In this document: piece by piece, positions 61,038 to 64,000 of the stretch
Numbering within the stretch: position 1 is the first letter of the stretch
How the letters are laid out: every line of letters starts with the position of its first letter
NCBI GenBank assembly: GCA_963663405.2
Contig: CAXXSM010000073.1
Location: forward strand, 53,388 to 117,387
Source of the DNA: a bacterium
GTDB taxonomy: Bacteria; Hinthialibacterota; Hinthialibacteria; Hinthialibacterales; Hinthialibacteraceae
Reading direction: 5' to 3'
DNA length: 64,000 nucleotides
The notes under the pieces: model-generated
Told to the model about the DNA's origin: nothing
Database searches by the model: none
The model's input: the letters and a program-made list of their open reading frames with translations, nothing else
Program-made: the position numbers and the translations under genes

Positions 61038-62075
61038 ATGAACGCCGAACGGTTGCTGATGACCGTCTCGAAGATGCTTGAATCCATTGAATTACACGAC
61101 GCTTTCAATCTTATCCCCATTGAAGGAGGAGGGAATAACAAAGCGTACCGTGTCGAATCCGGCGTTCGGCGATTTTTTTTGAAAGAATATTTTCATCATC
61201 CAAACGATCGGCGCGATCGGGCTGGGGCGGAATTTGCCTTCAGCTGTTTCGCTTGGAAGCAAGGTCTGCGTTCTTTACCCCAACCAATGGCCTTTGATCG
61301 AGAGAATCGATTGGGTCTGTATGAATTTATTGATGGCCACCGTTTGGCGCCGGATGAGATTCATGAGAGGGAGATCCTATGCGCGTTGCGTTTTTTTCAG
61401 GAATTAAACCAACACCGTGATTGTCCAGACGCGCGGAATCTTCTCCCCGCGTCTGAATCTTGTTTTAGCCCTGTTCAGCATCTTGAATGCGTAGAGCGCC
61501 GTTTGAACAACTTGAACGTATTGGAAGAATTCTCAATAATTGACACGGAGGCTAAAACATTCGTTCAAATGGATCTGTTTCCTGTTTGGACCCGGATTCG
61601 GACGAATGCGATACGGAGTTTTAAGGAAACCGGTATTTCGCTGGAAAGGGAATTGATATGGGAAGCGCGTTGTCTCTCTCCATCGGATTTTGGATTTCAT
61701 AACGCGTTGATTGAATCCAATGGGGAAATTCGTTTTCTTGACTTTGAATATGCTGGGTGGGATGATCCTGCGAAAACAGTTTGTGATTTCTTTTGTCAGA
61801 TAGCGGTTCCGGCGCCGATGATTTATTATTCGAAATTTATGGAAACCGTAACGGCTGGTTTTCCCGATTCGGAACGGAACAGAAAACGAATCGGCGCTTT
61901 GTTTCCTGTCTACCAGATCAAATGGTGTTGCATTCTTTTAAATGAATTTCTGAATACAGGATTTGCGCGCCGTTCATTCGCGAACCAGGAGAGCGATCTG
62001 GACGAACGAAAACGAATCCAACTTGAAAAAGCGCGCGCGGCGTTGCGGCGCGTATCCTATGAGGGAGTGTCATAA
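61038..62075 (+). CDS. APH/choline-kinase-like phosphotransferase
   Basis: GGGNNKAY, SPSDFGFHN and LDFEYAGWDD motifs. Confidence 0.8.
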   Translation: MNAERLLMTVSKMLESIELHDAFNLIPIEGGGNNKAYRVESGVRRFFLKEYFHHPNDRRDRAGAEFAFSCFAWKQGLRSLPQPMAFDRENRLGLYEFIDGHRLAPDEIHEREILCALRFFQELNQHRDCPDARNLLPASESCFSPVQHLECVERRLNNLNVLEEFSIIDTEAKTFVQMDLFPVWTRIRTNAIRSFKETGISLERELIWEARCLSPSDFGFHNALIESNGEIRFLDFEYAGWDDPAKTVCDFFCQIAVPAPMIYYSKFMETVTAGFPDSERNRKRIGALFPVYQIKWCCILLNEFLNTGFARRSFANQESDLDERKRIQLEKARAALRRVSYEGVS

Positions 62076-62741
62076 ATGGCTTATATCGATTTTCTGTCTT
62101 CCATTCATAAAAGCACAAAACGGGATTATATCGGACGAGTGAATGAATACCCCAAAGCAAAAGCGGCGGAACTCGCCAAACAATTCGGTAAAGATTATTG
62201 GGACGGTGACCGGAAGGTTGGATACGGGGGGTATAAGTACATTCCAGGCCGCTGGGCGCCGGTGGCGCAGGCGATCGCCAAACACTACGGTCTGAAAGCA
62301 GGAGACAAGATTTTAGATATCGGCTGTGGCAAAGCCTTTCAACTCTATGAATTATCCTTGGCCGCGCCTGGATTGGAATTGAGTGGGATCGATATATCAG
62401 ATTACGCGATTGAAAACGCGAAAGAGGAGATGAAACCTTTTTTACGCGTTGGACACGCGGCTGATCTCCCGTATGAAGATAACGAGTTTGATTTTGTCTA
62501 CTCCATCACGACACTCCACAATCTCCATTGCTACGATTTGGATAAGGCTTTACGAGAAATGGAACGGGTGGGCAGGAAATATAAATACGTAGTTGTTGAA
62601 TCTTACCGGAATGAAGAGGAAAAAGCGAATCTATTATACTGGCAGCTGACATGTGAGAGTTTTTACACTCCGGAAGAATGGCAGTGGTGGTTCGAGCATT
62701 GCGGTTATACGGGTGATCACTCCTTTATCTATTTTGAGTGA
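62076..62741 (+). CDS. Class I SAM-dependent methyltransferase
   Basis: YWDGDRKVGYGGY, LDIGCGK and GIDIS motifs. Confidence 0.85.
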   Translation: MAYIDFLSSIHKSTKRDYIGRVNEYPKAKAAELAKQFGKDYWDGDRKVGYGGYKYIPGRWAPVAQAIAKHYGLKAGDKILDIGCGKAFQLYELSLAAPGLELSGIDISDYAIENAKEEMKPFLRVGHAADLPYEDNEFDFVYSITTLHNLHCYDLDKALREMERVGRKYKYVVVESYRNEEEKANLLYWQLTCESFYTPEEWQWWFEHCGYTGDHSFIYFE

Positions 62742-62747
62742 GGTGGT

Positions 62748-63811
62748 ATGACAAAAATCGAATATCCCCAGACGATGAAAGCGGCTATTCTGGTTGAGCA
62801 GAACCAGCCATTAGTAGTGGATACGGTTCAGTTGCCGTACGCGTTGGACTATGGACAGGTTTTAGTAAAGGTCCATTTCAGCGGGATTTGCGGCTCCCAG
62901 ATTGGGGAGATCCAGGGTGTGAAAGGCCCTGACCGTTTTTTACCCCATCTACTCGGTCATGAGGGATCCGGAACAGTCATCCAGACTGGACCGGTGTCAG
63001 CCACGTTCAAGCAGGAAACCGGGTGGTCCTGCATTGGATGAAAGGGAAGGGAATCGAATCGAAGCCACCCGTCTATCAATGGAAAGGAAAGCCTTTAAAC
63101 GCGGGATGGGTGACGACATTTAATGAATACGCCGTGGTTTCTGAAAACCGCTTAACCGTCATCCCGGATGATTTCGATTTGGAGGTAGCTCCCTTATTCG
63201 GCTGCGCCGTTACGACGGGTCTAGGAGTCATCAATAACAACGCGCGCGTGAAAATCGGGGAATCCATTATTGTCTTCGGCGCTGGTGGTATTGGATTGAA
63301 TGTAATCCAAGGCGCCGCGCTGGTTTCGGCGTTTCCCATCATCGCCGTGGATTTATACGCGAATAAACTCGAACTAGCCAAACGCATGGGCGCCTCGCAT
63401 CTCATCCAATACCGCCCTGAGAATCTTAAACAAGATATTGAGAACATCACTGGCGCTGGTGGCGCGGATGTAGCCGTGGACAACACGGGAAATCCAGCAA
63501 TCATTCAACTCGCGTATGAACTGACAAAACCACAGGGGAGAACGATCCTCGTTGGCGTTCCAAAAAAAGGAAATATGATCTCGATTTATTCTCTTCCCTT
63601 GCATTTTGGGAAAGTCCTGACTGGTTCTCATGGAGGGGAAACGGAACCCCATGAGGATATTCCCCGTTATATCCGTCTGTTCCAATCCAATCGATTGGAA
63701 TTGAAGGAGTTGATAACGGATCGTTTTACTTTGGATGAAATAAGCGCCGCGATTGAAAAAATGAAGATGGGGGAAATCGCTGGACGCTGTCTTGTCACCT
63801 GCGCTCCATAA
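62748..63811 (+). CDS. Zinc-binding alcohol dehydrogenase (MDR), frameshifted near 62993
   Basis: GICGSQ and LGHEG in one frame; GCAVTTG and GAGGIG in the next; one base appears missing. Confidence 0.85.
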
Positions 63812-64000
63812 GTAGACGGACTACATGGGGGAAACATGGCGTGTCTTAAAAGAAGGAACAATTTCAAGAAAGGCGCGTCATTGAAAAGGTTCGTGTTAAG
63901 GTAATGGTTTTTTTTTAATAATTATACGAAAAAAACTGACCATATAATTCATTGCCTATTCAGTATTGGTAGTGGTTGACTTACTATATACTGACTATGC

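Noticed and set aside
1-64000. tRNA, rRNA, CRISPR arrays, prophage genes
   Set aside because: None recognised by eye; tRNAscan-SE and Infernal would be needed to exclude divergent RNAs.

Overview
Bacterial genomic window, probably from an uncultured diderm lineage (it carries LptB and Tat signal peptides). Much of it is cell-surface glycan machinery: a GT4/GT2/DUF2304/TMTC-like cluster at the left, a WaaL-like ligase with a GT4, a nucleotide-sugar dehydrogenase, a YfhO-like GT-C protein with a flippase-like protein, and an 8-gene unusual-sugar pathway at the right end. Housekeeping genes include phoH-HD(7TM)-ybeY-CNNM, lptB and a UvrD/PcrA helicase. Also present are secreted catabolic enzymes, a very large CotH/lamin-tail protein, an ABC-2 exporter and a hybrid histidine kinase. 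Two adjacent insertion sequences sit at 4.3-8.0 kb: an IS3, and an unclassified DDE element with bipartite 35-bp IRs and a 5-bp TSD. Both toxin-antitoxin loci have a broken toxin gene. The most striking unannotated signal is an apparent stand-alone mini transcription unit at ~43.9-44.2 kb. It has a promoter, a 17-nt complement to the canonical 16S rRNA 3' tail, a 21-codon ORF, a hairpin and a terminator. Many genes are split, mostly by single extra bases, which most likely reflects long-read assembly errors rather than real pseudogenes. No rRNA, tRNA or CRISPR array was seen. All family calls come from motif recognition, not database searches.
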